Numbered from the whole stretch's first letter, positions 1-13,749 are shown. The stretch: DNA of 63,078 nt, filler included, from Choristocarpus tenellus KU-1152 (GCA_964200185.2; 11 parts of 11 records of this genome joined end to end with filler, not necessarily neighbours in it), one strand, 5' to 3'. A program made the numbers and translations. The notes: generated from the letters alone by a model not told the origin.

Positions 1-237
1 CAGGGGCACCAGGTTGAGGGGTCTTCCACTGAGGGTTGCCCAGCGCCTGAAAAAAATACAATAGAGCCAGCCAAATTTGTATCAAGTGCTGAGAGATGCT
101 GGCTGCCCTGGATAGAAACGGCAGTAGTTGCTGATACTATATGAAGGAGGTAAGGTACCAAGGTCAGCAATTCAAGTGAACCCTTCGACCTCTTCCCCTG
201 CCACCGCAGTGTACATAGGAATGAACTGCTTGAGGCG

Positions 238-317
238 CTCTAACCCTAACCCTAACCCTCCTAACCCTAACCCTAACCCTCCTAACCCTAACCCTAACCC
301 TGACACTGACCCTAACC
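238..317 (+). repeat. Interstitial telomere-like (CCCTAA)n tract, imperfect
   Basis: Repeated ctaacc units with cct interruptions; explains the PNPNP/GLGLG ORFs. Confidence 0.9.
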
Positions 318-3300
318 ATGATACATTCGAGGGAAGGGTTGGGGTGCGGTTCACTTACTCCATCGAAGTCAAGGCTAAAGTCAAAGCTCAAAAGCGCCGT
401 CAACGGCATACACAAAATATATATATATATATATATATTCTTTAGCACACGGAATCTTCTTTAGCACACCGAGTGAGAAAATCGCGAAATCGCGAAACGC
501 ACGATTGGAGGGCACAAACGCAGTGAGATCTGACAATCATAGGCACATCAAACGACCCCTCTGACATCGAGAAGTCAGCAAACACCAGGGATCGGCCTTG
601 CCTGCGCTGAGCTGACCATAGCAAAGAGCTTATCCTTGGGCACTGTTGATTCATATTCAGCCCCATGTCGCACGTCTTTGGCGAGAGGGGATAGCAAACA
701 CGCCAGCAGAATATCCAACAAAACCAGAAAGCGGAGGGGGGAGGAATGCAGAAGCGCACGCACACAGGGGGCGGGGGGGGGGTTGCAGAAAAAAATAAAA
801 ATACTGTGGAAAGTGTGTGGGTAAGGGATTAATTAGGTAGGGGGAGGGGGATGACTAGGGGTTTGTTATAGTAGAAGTGATGCACATAAAATACAAATAA
901 AAAATTTAACCTGTCCTCTGCCATGAAACATCGAAGGAACTCGATGCAGTTATTAAACTTATCTACAGGGGTGCTGTAACAGTGCCCGTCACATCCTATA
1001 CCCGATCACCGAACTCTCTCCATTCACACACGATTTTATGTTGTTCACAAACCACGGTCGTTTACCATGGTTTCGACCAAAGATGACAGAAGTCAGCTAT
1101 AAGAATTAATTAGCAAGGAGGATGGTTAGTGGTACGAGCAATGGCCTTGCCCAGTGCAAACAACTCTAAATATTCCTCAGAAACCCATTAATCAGTTGCT
1201 TTTCCATTAAGCTTATGTGTCAATATCCCAATAATTGATATATGCGGGTGCACAGTGGGAAGATTGACCGAAAACTTGACAGTCAACTAGTTGAGGTTAA
1301 GGTTAAGGATTTAGACATCTTTGCTCTACATCAAAGCATAATGAGCATATCACCTCACCCTCGTGAATATGCAACTGAAAGAGAGATTTTTGGTTCACTT
1401 TCTACATGGGGTTGGTTGACTGTTAGGTAACACAATTACAGGGAACAGATACTACTCAAGACAGAGAAGGACCATAACATTCACGCCTCCTCCCTTCTAT
1501 TTAACATAACAAGGTGTACATAATGAGCCTTCAATGCCAGGTGTGAAGAGATAAAACAACTACAGAGAAAAACATAGCAAATGAGCGGCACTCTGGGGAG
1601 ACATGTGCATTGCTCCAATCATGTATGCCGAGTCGGCATCCAAAATCAAATCATGATCGCTGTGAGAAATGAAATTAGGGGGCACCTGCAGGTGGGTCTC
1701 ACTATAGGACAAGGTGGAACAAGATGTACAAGGAAAGCAAACTGCAAGGGCGTATCCAAAACCATGCAATGCAAATGGAGACACACCTTCCGATTTCTAC
1801 CCCAAGTCAATTCCTTCTCACTTTCAAACTGATATATTCGAGGCACGAGTCTCATGCACGATCAGGCACCAGTCCAATGCGTATATTTTCCCTGCATCCT
1901 CTAAGCCCTCTGCTCGTCACTACTAAAAACGTAAACTCGGGGTATCAGAGCACACAGACATACCACCCGTTGCATATTTTCTCGATGCACTTTTTGTAGA
2001 AGACGAAACTACGATACGTGAGACGCTGAACCTTCAAACACCCTTTCGACAGACTCTTGATTGGTGTTTGACTTTTAGCTTGGACAGTTGATTGGTTATG
2101 GGAGCTTACTCTAAGTATGGTCCAAGCCAAGTTTAAAAGAACATCTTATATCCAGCCACCAGTATCTGTTAAGAGGTGCAATACTTCTTCAAACTTGTTC
2201 TGACCCCTTGTCTAGGCGAATTGGACACAACCTGGACCACACAAAAGGAAATCTGCCATTCCGAGAAGCCTCTCAGCAATTTTTTTACTCTTTCTGATCC
2301 TTAGCCTTCACCGAAACAACGCAACCTGGGTCGCAAATAGAGTACTCTGCCATTCTCAAGCATGGAGTCCCAAGATTTTGGTCTGGGAGGGATGTAATTG
2401 GAGGGTAAGAGACTTGACACAGAAACCTAGCCCTGACATAAAGTTGATCGGTTGTGCCAAGCGCATTCTCTCTTACAGCCGTTAACATCGACATAACAAA
2501 AAACATAGAGGCAATATTGCTGGCAACCTGTTGGTGCAGCCTCGTCTAATATACGCATTGTCTTCGTCTTGAATTCTTTATCTTCCAGTCGTTTGTATTC
2601 CCGTGTGATAAGTTGCATCTAGAGCGAAGGATGGGGTTAGGACCCAGTCGAAAGCTTAAGTGTAAAGTATGTGAAAGACTGAACAGAGCTGACCATATAC
2701 CATAGTCTCTTCCCCCACCCCCTGTTGTGACAATGGGCTAATCGTATTCGTTTCTTGAAAAAGTGTTATGGTTGTCGGAAAGAAAAAGACGGAGTACGGA
2801 AAGGTGGAATCCTCAACCGCTTATAAGATTTATCACTAAGTTGGGTTGAAGGAGGCGGCAGACATAACTACCACCTGCGTAGCCTGAGAGCAAGGTATTA
2901 GCCAAGGAGTGTGACATCAGCATGTCACCTTCCATCACATTGTCATTGTCCTTCGCACCAGAACCTACTGGTCTCATTGGAACCAGCTCCTCAACAACCT
3001 TGCCCATCATTCTCACTCCGCGCAGGTCCCACGCTACAAACCCACCCCCCTCACCCCCTCTTGTACTGGACAGATTGGTTGTTCAGCGAGTCAAGTTGCT
3101 GTGTTAACGTACAACCCTCAGGTGTTGCTTCCTTCCCATTCTGTACTCCCCAAAATATGCTGTTGTTGTTGATAAAGAACTTAGAATTGAGCACAGTTTT
3201 AGCAAGTAACGATCGATCATGGTCTGATATTCCTTGACAATACTATCTCCCAATAATGAAAATACTGTCTGAAGTTGTCAATTCAAAAAGATGCATATAT

Positions 3301-4236
3301 ATATGTATATTCCAAATAATATTAGAGGCATAATAATAGAATGTTACTTCCTAGTTGTTTCAGAGATTCGTCGGGTTATCTTTGTCGTATTCTTCGTTAT
3401 GATCCAGTATGACGGTATAATGTTATAGGTACAATCATAATTGAATATTTGAAGTACTACAATAAACTAAACTATTGATCATATAATACCACACCAATTT
3501 TCTCCAGACACATTTCCAATATCGCGTAATAATATATAAAATACATTAATATAAATATACTACTTACACAAATTACATACTGGTCTCATTTTCTATTCTT
3601 TTTAATACTATTCAATCATTAAGATGTTCTACAACAGTTCTTTTGACATAAATTGTTAGAACCTGTTCCCTACACGTATTTTGTGTGTTACAACCTATCA
3701 GACCTTTTTTCCTTTTTCTTGGACCATATCTTCTTTTCGTTCTTTGTCTTCTTACTCTGTTCTCAACCACCACTAGATTATTATGTATCACTTTGTTTGG
3801 AATGGTTTTTGAATCTCAAATTCAAAAACAACAGTATTTCTCAAACATGTGCAATATGTGAGAGGGCATAATAATAAAATATTATAATTGAAATATTTTT
3901 AGTAATAATAATAGCAATAATATTAGTAATAATACAGTCAAAAAATAGATCTGACTTCTTTTCATCTTATCTACTTTTCAAGAACAAAAGTTCACTTCCC
4001 AAACACTAGTGTAGGATGCACTTTGCTTGTACAACGCTAAGTAGTATCGTGGAAGTCTCTATTAATACAATATACAGGAGTAACCTGTCACCTTCGCAGA
4101 GGTACAGGCAACAACCTCCCACCTAACCCACTCATCCACCAGCAATGGTGTAGCTGCTGCTGCAGCCAAGGCGCGAAAGCGCACCCACTAACAGCCGATT
4201 TCAAAAATTGAGGATGGAGCTTTTCATTGAGGATGG

Positions 4237-4336
4237 NNNNNNNNNNNNNNNNNNNNNNNNNNNNNNNNNNNNNNNNNNNNTTAATTAATTAANNNNNNNN
4301 NNNNNNNNNNNNNNNNNNNNNNNNNNNNNNNNNNNN
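4237..4336. other. Artificial contig linker 44N-TTAATTAATTAA-44N. Identical linkers at 17568-17667, 25421-25520, 35797-35896, 39716-39815, 43520-43619, 47560-47659, 51398-51497, 56674-56773, 59895-59994
   Basis: Ten identical 100-bp spacers with stop codons in all six frames. Confidence 0.98.
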
Positions 4337-5250
4337 CCCCCCTCCCCCCATTTACTTTGGGTTCCAGATATAGGGAAGCAATGTGGATGCGTTGGGGGGT
4401 TTTGCTTTATTTTATTAGGCTATGCCTCTAGTATGTGCTCTTGGCCTTCTGGCCTCACCCCTATATCATGGAAGTAGCATATAGCAGTTGGTACAATGAC
4501 ACTCAGCAAGAAGACACGAGACCCTACGTGATGCGTTATTTCAATTTATATTGTTCTGTTCTTCTTTGGAGGGGCATGAGATTTTGCCAAGAAACGAAAC
4601 AACGAAATACGAGTGTGGGATGATCAGACTTGCTTTCATTTCTGTTGTACATAGTGGGTAGTGGGGTGCGATCTTGTATGTGTTTTCCTTGTGCCCTTTT
4701 TACCACTGCTGCAGTGTCATTGTCAGTCTCGGTCTAGCTCTAACCTCATTGACGCTTCAGCTTACATACCTGTATACCTTTCATCATGTAGTTTGTGGAT
4801 AACAAGATCATGTACTCGATCAAATGTGCTCAGCATGCATCTTCATTCGGATTGTGCACACCAAGTCAGAACTGCTGAAGACATAGCCAAGAGTATAAGT
4901 TTGGACTAAATTTCACCTCTTTGTGAGGTTGTTTCTGTTTTTTATCAGCGTCTTGTTGACGGTTGTATTTTGACTAATAGAGACAATACAGAAGAATGAT
5001 GTGAAATATGATCTAAAAAGATGTACTCGTATGTGGTAATATTTTATGATTTATGTTAATTACATAATAGGGAATAAATGTTGCCTATATATTGCGAGGT
5101 ACTTAAACAGTTTTCTTAGAAGTACCCGCTTTCTTCCACCGCCCCTTCCCCTTCCACATACACCACCACATACACCGCGCACTCCATATCCATGCTTACC
5201 CTTTTCGCCGCACCTTCTGACATGGTTTACCATCAAAACAAATTACAAGT

Positions 5251-5506
5251 GACCCAAAGCATTTAAGAAGGTAGGAGTTTTGTCCTATTTGTTCGTTCAA
5301 GGCTTGGATTCCCACGGATTTTTACGCCCTTTCTCGCTTTTCTGTGTGAACCCAGTTACCCAAAATGTATACAACTATGAAAGTTGTCCGGAGCAAGGAT
5401 GATGACACTTACTAACAACCACGATAGCCAAAATTACATCAAAGTCGCAACATTGGACTTATGATCCCGAACGGATTTGACCCCACCCTCTTAAATGCTT
5501 TGACTA
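5251..5506 (+). mobile_element. MITE family A, diverged subfamily (GACCCAAAGCATTT.. terminus)
   Basis: TIRs gacccaaagcatttaagaaggta / caccctcttaaatgctttgacta; TSD AAGT; internal similarity to the other copies. Confidence 0.85.
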
Positions 5507-5540
5507 AAGTACGAGTACGAGTTTGGACCATTTGCATCAG

Positions 5541-7341
5541 ATTATGACTCTCGTGAAGATTGTGAATATGAGCCAACACCTGAGCCAACCGTTTGGCCAA
5601 CACTTGAGCCAACACCTTGGTCAACACCAGCGCCAATGCATGAGCCATCAACACCTGAGCCAACGTCTTGGTCAACACCTGCGCCAATGAGTGACCCAAC
5701 AACACCTGAGCCAACGTCTTGGTCAACACCTGCGCCAATGAGTGACCCAACAACACCTGAGCCAACGCCTGGACCATCATCTACGGTTGGGTATGTGGAA
5801 GTCCTCCGTCCTCGTGATGGATATAGTAGCAAAGCCGGGAAAAAGATTCGGACTACGTGGGACTTCCAGAGACCTTCGGGAAAGTGAGTTCTTCAGCATT
5901 TCAAGAAATGTGTTTGATGGAAAACATATATTTGGGATAAAATTGAAGAGAGCATGTGGACTGATAGGGGTATGGTAGTTCTGTGGAATGGTGCACTTTA
6001 TTTTGTTTTGCTCAGTATATGGAGATGTGTCTTTGGCTGTGGCCCAGGTCCAAGTAATGTTTTGTGTTGTATAATGGGAAATTTTTGTGCACTTTGTGAA
6101 TTTTGTGCCTGGTAGGAAGTGGTGGACATGGGATATCATCTGGCTAGTACCCTGAAATAATTATCCCACACTTTTTCGGTGACATCGGTCTGTCCCTGCA
6201 GGAATTCTGCAAAGTTCTTTGTTGACCTCCATGAATGTGTCAATGGGGACTGTGGTGACGATGGGTGTGGAGAGTTTGTCGCCAACATCTGCCAGAAGGA
6301 GAAAGTAAGTGCAAGACGAAATAATTAAGCAGATGACCTTATCCTGTAACCCTTGAAAGGCACGTGCTCGCTTAACAGGAGCAGGCAGAGCCAAGCGGGG
6401 TCTCTCTTACGCATATTCTATATGTGGTAGTCTGTGCCAAACATTAACTGAGATACCATTGTTTCACAGCGGCAGACAGCCATGCAATTGTAGAGTGTGG
6501 GGGAGGTGGTTCAGATCCAAAACATTTCAGAGGGTAGGGCTGCGTCCGTTGGGGGTCATAAATCCAATATTGCAATTTTGATGTAATTTTGACCATGCTG
6601 TTGGTTAGGAAGTTTCAACATCCTTGCTCTGGACACACCTTTCATAGTTGTGGACATTTTACCTACTCCGAAATAGTAGGTAACTGTGTTCACAGAAAAC
6701 CGAAAAAAGGGCAAAAAAAACAGTCGGAAGTCACGAATGGACAAACAGGGGTAACCTTCTGCCCTCTGAAAGGCCTTCTCAGCCAAGATTCAATCTCGTG
6801 ACTATTGCTTTCTCAGACATAGAGGTAGCTTTGTCCTGAAGGGGCAGGTATTCACGTGATTAGTCGACTGCCTTGATGGAACACTACTGGTATATCTGTA
6901 TTTAACAGTCTGACCTCACCAGTAGTCCTGAGTACGTCCATATGTGAATAGCCACATAGACATGCTCCTTGTGGATGCAAAACGAGTGCTCTCTGGCATG
7001 AGGACTCCTTGTTGAATCTGAAGAGACTCCTCTAGAAAAGTGTGTATTTCCACCTCTAAATGCTTTACTCGCAGCTAACTGTGATTTCTCATCTACACGA
7101 TAAGGTTTAGCAGACATCTTCTGCTCGATACTCACCTTCGGTTGATCCGTTTTTTCCGTTTTTCTTTATTGAATAGGGCTGTGCCAAGAACGAAACGCAA
7201 TACAAAAAGAAGCTTCCAAAAAAGAGGGACATTGCGAAAGGGGACAACTATGTTGTCTGTGTTCAGATGCGTGGCACTGATTTATTCGACTGTGGAGAAC
7301 AGTTCTCAATTACCACTGGAAAACTTACCAGTAATTTTTGA
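5541..7341 (+). CDS. 3' part of a gene for a probable cell-surface/secreted protein: Pro/Thr-rich repeats then a Cys-containing beta-type domain. Exons 5541-5883, 6202-6304, 7177-7341; 5' exons not resolved
   Basis: Phase-compatible GT-AG junctions (aa|gtgagt..cag|g; aaa|gtaagt..tag|ggc) give ..TPEPTSWSTPAPMSDPT..VEVLRPRDGYSSKAGKKIRTTWDFQRPSGKNSAKFFVDLHECVNGDCGDDGCGEFVANICQKEKGCAKNETQYKKKLP..NYVVCVQMRGTDLFDCGEQFSITTGKLTSNF*. Confidence 0.75.
5570..5770 (+). repeat. Coding tandem repeat, 51-bp unit (TPEPTSWSTPAPMSDPT)
   Basis: Two identical units plus diverged partial units. Confidence 0.9.
6514..6784 (-). mobile_element. MITE family A, degenerate, intronic
   Basis: cagagggtagggctgcgtcc.. 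/ ..gccctctgaa; internal homology to the family. Confidence 0.75.
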
Positions 7342-8280
7342 GTAGTGTAAAGGTACGACCTCTTCTCGAAGGGCTGGCAGTTTGGTAAACAGCAGAACTA
7401 GATGGCACAAGGTACACTGGCGAAAGCTATAAGCTTAGGGGTGAGTGAGGTTCTTCAATTAGTCATGTGTCATGCTGCGTACACAAGATATTGTTACGTT
7501 TTTGCAGGGTGTCCTTTTAGGGGAATAGGGAAACGGACAGTGGAAAAGGGGACTTCAATATATATTTTGGTACACCTGGAGTTGAGTATTGTATGAATTG
7601 TATGCGATGAAAAGATGTACTGATACTGTCTGATCTTGAACAGAGTAAGATCTATTAGGCTTTGTAGATCGATTGCGTAAATCGATATTTGAGGTAGGTG
7701 GTTCAAGGTTGATTCACGTCTATGCTTCAAATAGTGTAAATCCTCTGTATGAGTTGTGTAGCTTTAAATCTTCGACTCTGACGCTGTACTGTGCTATTAC
7801 TGTGGATTCTCTTTTGATGCCTGGATCAAAAGAGAGGGGAAAAGGATATCACTCGTCATATCTGTGTTCTGAAGTGCCAAACGTTGACACAATGATATTC
7901 TGTGTAGTAGCCTAACTGAATATTACTCTAGCGGCGTGTCCGTCAGAAAGGTATCCTTTTCGAGTAATGTAAACTTGTACAGTATTATTAACAAGTGATT
8001 GATTGAAGGCCCAGATCTTCGGGACATTTTGCTGCATCGTGGAGTTTTCTGGGAACGTTGTAAGTGATTCCATTTAGAGAACATTTCTAGAAACAACAAG
8101 TGGTAAACCAAGCCCCACCATCTAAAAAATGTTACTCTTCTGTTCAACCGTGTGATCATATGCAGCAATGGGGATCATATATAGCAATTATTCTCTCTTC
8201 TTCCATATTGACGCAAACTACAGTATAAATCTACACAGTATTTATTCCCGATATTCTTCCGTAAGACGTTATTTGAGTCA

Positions 8281-8543
8281 GAGCTGAAGCATTTGAGAGG
8301 GTAGGGCTGCGACCATTCGGGATCATAAATCTATTGTTTCGATTTGATGAATTTTGGCTATCGTGTTTGTCAGGACATGTCAAGATCCTTGCTCCAAATG
8401 CACACCTTTCATAGTCGCATACATTTTAGGTAAAACCGTGTTCGCACAGAAAAACGAAAAAAGGGAATAACAAAAAAAGTGGGAAGCCAAGCCCTGAACG
8501 GACAAACAGAACAAAACTCCTACCCTCTCAAATGCTTTGGGTC
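8281..8543 (-). mobile_element. MITE family A, diverged subfamily
   Basis: TIR aagcatttgagagggta / taccctctcaaatgctt; flanked by TCA/TCA. Confidence 0.85.
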
Positions 8544-11500
8544 TCATACTGGGTGATGTGCGTTAGAGTTTAAAGGCGTGCCATACCAACGGAGGTTGAA
8601 ACTGGGGCATGGTCAGAGGTATTGCTGTACCCATGTACCTCCCAAATACGTTGATCATGCTATGTGCCACCAAAGACTACTGTCTTGTTTCTCTTCAGAT
8701 AGACGTTGGTGTGCCCACTACCTACACGAAATGTGTGGCGTTCTGGATCAAGGGTTTAGTCAGGAATGGCAGGAAGAAAAAGAGATTGGGCTTAGGGATG
8801 GAACTCATCGATGAGGTAGCAGAGGTATTTTGTGTTACAGTACTACTACACAAGGGAGTCTGGTGAGGAGGGGGGCGAAATTTCTGGGGAAGAGGATGCA
8901 TCAGGCAGAGAGGATTTGATGGTAATGGCAGTGGAGGGAAGGTTTGTGTTCTGTCTCCTTATTTCAGTTTCTTGACTTGGATGCAATCACCGAATACAGT
9001 GAACTATCTGTAGTGCGTGCCTCCACACTTCTGTTCGGAGCGAAGTGGACACATTATGTGTTTCTACGTCTGCGGATACAGACTGCAATTCAACAGTTCA
9101 TTGGCTGGATGCGTGTTTTTGCTTATAATTCCCTAGGTGATGTGAGTACATCTATTACTCGAAGGTGGACTGCCCATTATAATCAAATTCCGCCAGAAGT
9201 AGAGATGATTGTTTCACTCCTTTTCAAAGACATCTCGTCAGTGACCCTACAAATTTGTGCAAACATATTTTTAACCACACCCAACTGGGTACTTTGATAG
9301 GCCAAACATGTAAGGGGTATTCAGAGTTTTGTCCCTTCATGCCAAGCACGGATGGAAGATCCCCATCTACTTCTTTTTCATCTGCAAGCTGAAGTTTACC
9401 ATACCATAAACGGTTCAAGGATGTACATACTTGCTATGGTTGATTTCTACAGGATAAATTCCAATGCTTCAGGAGGAAAATGACGAGATCAACGTTTTAA
9501 ATAAAGCATCAATAGTCTGGTAGCCCGCAGGCCAATCGGGAAATAATGGAGTTCGCTTAGGAAGTAATCAGAGGTTAGACAGCGGATCCCACATACACCG
9601 TCAACAGTTTACTTTTAGTCTTACCATACTGCCGACTAAACCAAAACCATATTTGAAAGGTTGGTTGACATCCACCAACCCATCCAAATAATTCCCCCTT
9701 TCAAGAAAGAACATGATATTTTTTTATGTTAGGTCTGTGGGAGGAGATTGTGGACCTCGTATATGGGCACGTGATCTTTGCTCTACATGCATACACCTAG
9801 GGGTATATTTTGTTGTGAGAGGCAAATGACTGAACCTCATTGCTCTAAATCTCTGCATGTCTGGATTGCTAATCAAACATACATATATAAGAAGTCAAAA
9901 ATAGTCTCTTTTCCAAATTATACAATGTGCAAAGTCCTAAAAATGGATAGAACCCTGCCCCTTTCTTAAAAGGTAGGTCATATGACTCTTGTCCTCTTGA
10001 AGGCAAGGCAACGATCTGGGGCAACCACCACTCTCTACAATTCCACCAGAAAGCAGCACAACCTTTCAAGAATGATGATAACAATCGCTCTGCCACTGTG
10101 CGGTTCCTCTGAAAACATTGTTATGGCCTAGTACGACCCATAACCAAGTAAATGGAGGGCACTTTCGTTGCCCCCCTTACTATTGCATGAGCTGAGCAAG
10201 GCAATATGACCTGATCACCAAAATACCAAAAATTCTCAAATCATTTATATGTTACCAAATTTCCTGGGAAATTATCTTCGTAGCCCTACGTTATTAACAT
10301 TACAACATATTGCGTTCCATTATTGACAACTTCTGAGGATCCAGCCGTGTACTGGGCAAAACCTTTATGGGGACCCCCTCAAATTGGTTACAAGGAAAAT
10401 TATTGGGTTTCAGTCCTCTATTTTCACCCCTGTAATGGACCCTTTCAAGCCCCCCCCCCAAATTGGTCACACGAATATTCGTGGGTTATCCATATACTTG
10501 AAACTATTTGTTTAGTTTTGTGGGCAGACAGAATTCACTTTGGGGGAGGGGAGATGTTGCAGACAGAAGGGGCTGGTTAAGTGTTGATTTCAATCAGAGT
10601 CGTTTCTGCGTGTACACTCATGTGTATTATGTGCACAATCAGGCTGGCTGTTCATTTTTCTCACTTGTTTTCCTTGACACTCTAGGTGGTTCTGGTGACC
10701 TGACTGTCCCTCACTGCCAATCGAACCATGTGTCTCATACATACTACCTTTGGAGGAGATGTAGTATTGATTCGGTCAATATATTGTACGTATAATCATG
10801 ACAACTCAATGGTCACCCTCCTACGGCATGAATGTGATGAATGGCTATCAAGCCTGGAGGGGAAAAAAGTCTTCAACAGCGTCCAACCATTGACCTCCAC
10901 CATGCCTTCATTGAGGCCCTTCCGGATGTCTTCCTTGAGTTTCTGCCCTATGACGCTAAGGTCTACACTGGTTCACTGGAGGTACTCTTTCCATCAGATG
11001 AAGGGGGGTTAGGATTCTACCATCTCGGTCAGGAGCCTAACTGGGTGACCCACTAGGCCCCCTCCTTTTCTGTATGGCCACCTCCAAAGGGCACAAGAAC
11101 ATCCAGACCACTTTCAGCTCTCAGGGATTCTCATGTAGATGTTATCTATAGATGATTCACCCCTTCTTCTTGCAGGACTGACCCTACGACTACAGAGGCT
11201 TTCTCCCAACTAAAGACTGACCTACAGATCATGGAGATTCCACTAAATATAGAGAAAATATTTGACTGCCCCAACAAGGGTCTCTACCAGCTCCTCTGTG
11301 TTGGTCACCTTCACGTCTTCCATCATTTGCTGGATGGAAAGAAAAAAAGAATCCCATGTTGTTGACATTAAGGTTAGGTGAGTTGGCTGGCTGACTGGGT
11401 CTCTATGGCAACATTGCCCCCCCCAACCTCCTCGATTGCCTCCATATCCCCCCCCTTGGTGTGTGGCTTTGCCCCGTCCCGCTGCACGAAGATGGTGTAT

Positions 11501-11655
11501 CCTTCCGGCCTAAGCATACAAGCCTTGACTATTGGGATGACATCCTCAATCATGATCTTCTTATACCTCTTCCCGTCCACCATGGCTAGTACAAGCACCT
11601 TGGTGCCCTTGGGGCGGTGTTTGCTGTAGCGCCGAGTGACTTAGTTTCCGCTATT

Positions 11656-11911
11656 GAGTGAAAGTATCTTAGAGGGTACAAGGTTTGCCCTGTTTATCCG
11701 TTTGGGACTTGGCTTCCTTCGGATATTTTATGACATTTTCCTACCTGAAATGTCTTGGAGTAGGAAAAATGTGTATGTTACAAAAAGGTGCGTTCAGAAC
11801 AAGGATATTGACACTTCCTAACAACACGATAGACAAAATTACATCAAAATCGCAACATTGGATTTTGGCTCCTAAATGGACGCGGCTTTACTCTCTAAGA
11901 TACTCTAACTC
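11656..11911 (+). mobile_element. MITE family A inserted in the mariner transposase
   Basis: gagtgaaagtatcttagagggta..ctctctaagatactctaactc; ATT duplicated; removing it restores W-P-I-A-E. Confidence 0.92.
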
Positions 11912-11943
11912 ATTGGCCAAATCCCGATTTCCCATCGATCCAC

Positions 11944-12279
11944 TGTTCACACGCTCCAAAAGAGTGTGGTGCTTTACCTTTACCAAAAGGTTATGCATGT
12001 AGAATGTGCTTTACTAAGTTAACAGCGAAGAGTGAGACCTATCCACAAAGGGAGGGCTAGTTCCTAGTGTCCATAATCACGCTTTCATGACAGGATCGAT
12101 ATATCAATGATAGAAACATCCTGAGCAGACAAAAGAGACATTTCCTAATATGTTTCTTCAACATTACTTAATCTACCATCTTACACATATCATCTTGTTA
12201 CACGTACATAATCAACTCTTCATTTGACAAAATAATATCTGGTGTGTACAGTATTTCAAAGCATCGCCTCATGCAAACA
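11944..12279 (-). repeat. 3' LTR of the Copia element
   Basis: tgttcac..gcaaaca; direct repeat of 15782-16135; adjacent purine tract GCAGGAGAGGA on the minus strand. Confidence 0.92.
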
Positions 12280-12374
12280 TCCTCTCCTGCTGTGCACTTA
12301 TAATGTTCTATTACAATGTTATACAGATTATACGTTTATCTTAGCTATACTTCAAGACAAGAAAATTCAAATAA

Positions 12375-13280
12375 TCAGAAATTCATTACGACTCTCACAT
12401 GATACATGAAATTGCTGCGATTAAGAGGCTTGGTGAGAAAATCTGCATGTCGCTTCTCAGATTCCACATTAACAACTTCTATAATTTTATCTCTGACTAA
12501 CTGTCCAAGGAAATGATGACGTACGTCTATTTTTTTTGTTCTAAATCCATTGATTGGATCTTCAGAAAGCTTTACTGCACCCTCATTATCCTCGTACATC
12601 AAGGCACAACTGGTAGTCCTCTCCAAGTTTATAATCTCCAATACCTGTCTTAAGAAGAGTGCTTCCTTAGCTGTGTCACTCAAAGCCACATACTCAGCGT
12701 CTGTCGTAGATAAGGCTACCACCTTCTGCATCCTAGAAAACCACGGTAGTGCTATACCTCCCATACAAATCATTCCTCCAGATACAGGTCTCCGTTGATC
12801 CAAATCAGATACATAATCCGCATCAGCAAACACCTCCAATAGCTTTCCAATTTTTCCATCGTATGTGATACCAATTCCTCTTGTGTGATGACTTACATAC
12901 CCCAAAATCTGTTTAACAGCTTCCCAATGCCTTTGTCCTGGGTTACCGCTAAATCTGCCACAGTCATTGCTGCACTGGCAATATCAGGCCTGGTCATAGG
13001 AACTAACCATATTAATGACCCCACTACTTCCCTGTATAGGGTGAAGGATCCAGTTTCACAAACAAATCCTTCTCAGACGAAGTTCTGGTTTTTTATCCAG
13101 GCAGTTTTTTTCTTTGATTATATTGAATCGTTTCACCAACACTTCCACGTATATTTGCTGATCAAGCTTTAGTGTCGTCATTTTACGATCCCATGAAAAG
13201 CGATAGCCCATATATAATTTTACATCACCTAAATCCTTCACAGGGAATTCCTTGTTCAGAGCTCCCAACACCAGTTTCTA
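12375..13280 (-). pseudogene. Copia reverse transcriptase C-terminus plus RNase H, frameshifted
   Basis: EFPVKDLGDVKLYMG; FADADY..RRPVSG; WFSRMQKVVALSTTDAEYVA; MYEDNEGA; RTKKIDVRHHF; ADFLTKPL. Confidence 0.93.
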
Positions 13281-13436
13281 GTTCCAAGACGTTTGGACTA
13301 TCCCATGCAGGGACTTCTTTAGCAACCTCACTGTTCCATCATACTTTACCGCCCTCCAGCCCTAGCCCCGTCTTGAATCTCTGCACTTCACTCTCTTATC
13401 CATCTACCTCGGTCAAAAATCCATTCTTCAACATCT

Positions 13437-13692
13437 GAGTTAAAATATCTCAGAGGGTAGAGCCGCGTCCATTTGGGATCCAAATTCCAATGTTCTGATT
13501 TTGATGTAATCTTAGCTGTCGTGTTTGTTAGGAAGTGTCAATATCCTTGTTCCGGATACACTTTTTCGTAATGTATACATTTTACCTAGTCCGTAACATT
13601 TCGGAGTAGGAAATGTTAGAAAAAACCCATGAGAAGCCAAGCCCCAAACGGACAAACAGAGCAAACTCGTACCCTCTAAGATACTTTCACTC
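13437..13692 (-). mobile_element. MITE family A inserted in the Copia
   Basis: Both TIRs present; TSD ATCT. Confidence 0.93.
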
Positions 13693-13749
13693 ATCTGGTG
13701 GTTTCTCCACGTTGCGGTTTGACTTGTTGGTCACGACCAGCGCTCCTCC

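Noticed and set aside
128-448. ORFs with PNPNP / RVRVRV / GLGLG runs
   Set aside because: They are translations of telomere-like and (AT)n repeats.
1-3070. Possible minus-strand multi-exon gene (signal-peptide-like 575-763; exon-like pieces at 1-47, 2528-2618, 2875-3067) and a DPG motif suggesting Fanzor/TnpB RuvC
   Set aside because: I could not build a phase-consistent model or recognise a domain. The CDPGCV motif has a degenerate neighbour (CGPGCV) and no downstream RuvC or zinc-finger motifs.
8560-9700. Possible piggyBac or other transposase remnant (PFKYG, AVW*D*K)
   Set aside because: Motifs are short, in different frames and lack supporting context.
11685-12002. Recurrent short ORFs such as SESILEGTSFALFVHLGLG or MGSQAPNGQTG across the window
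   Set aside because: Chance translations of MITE-A; frames are not conserved among copies.
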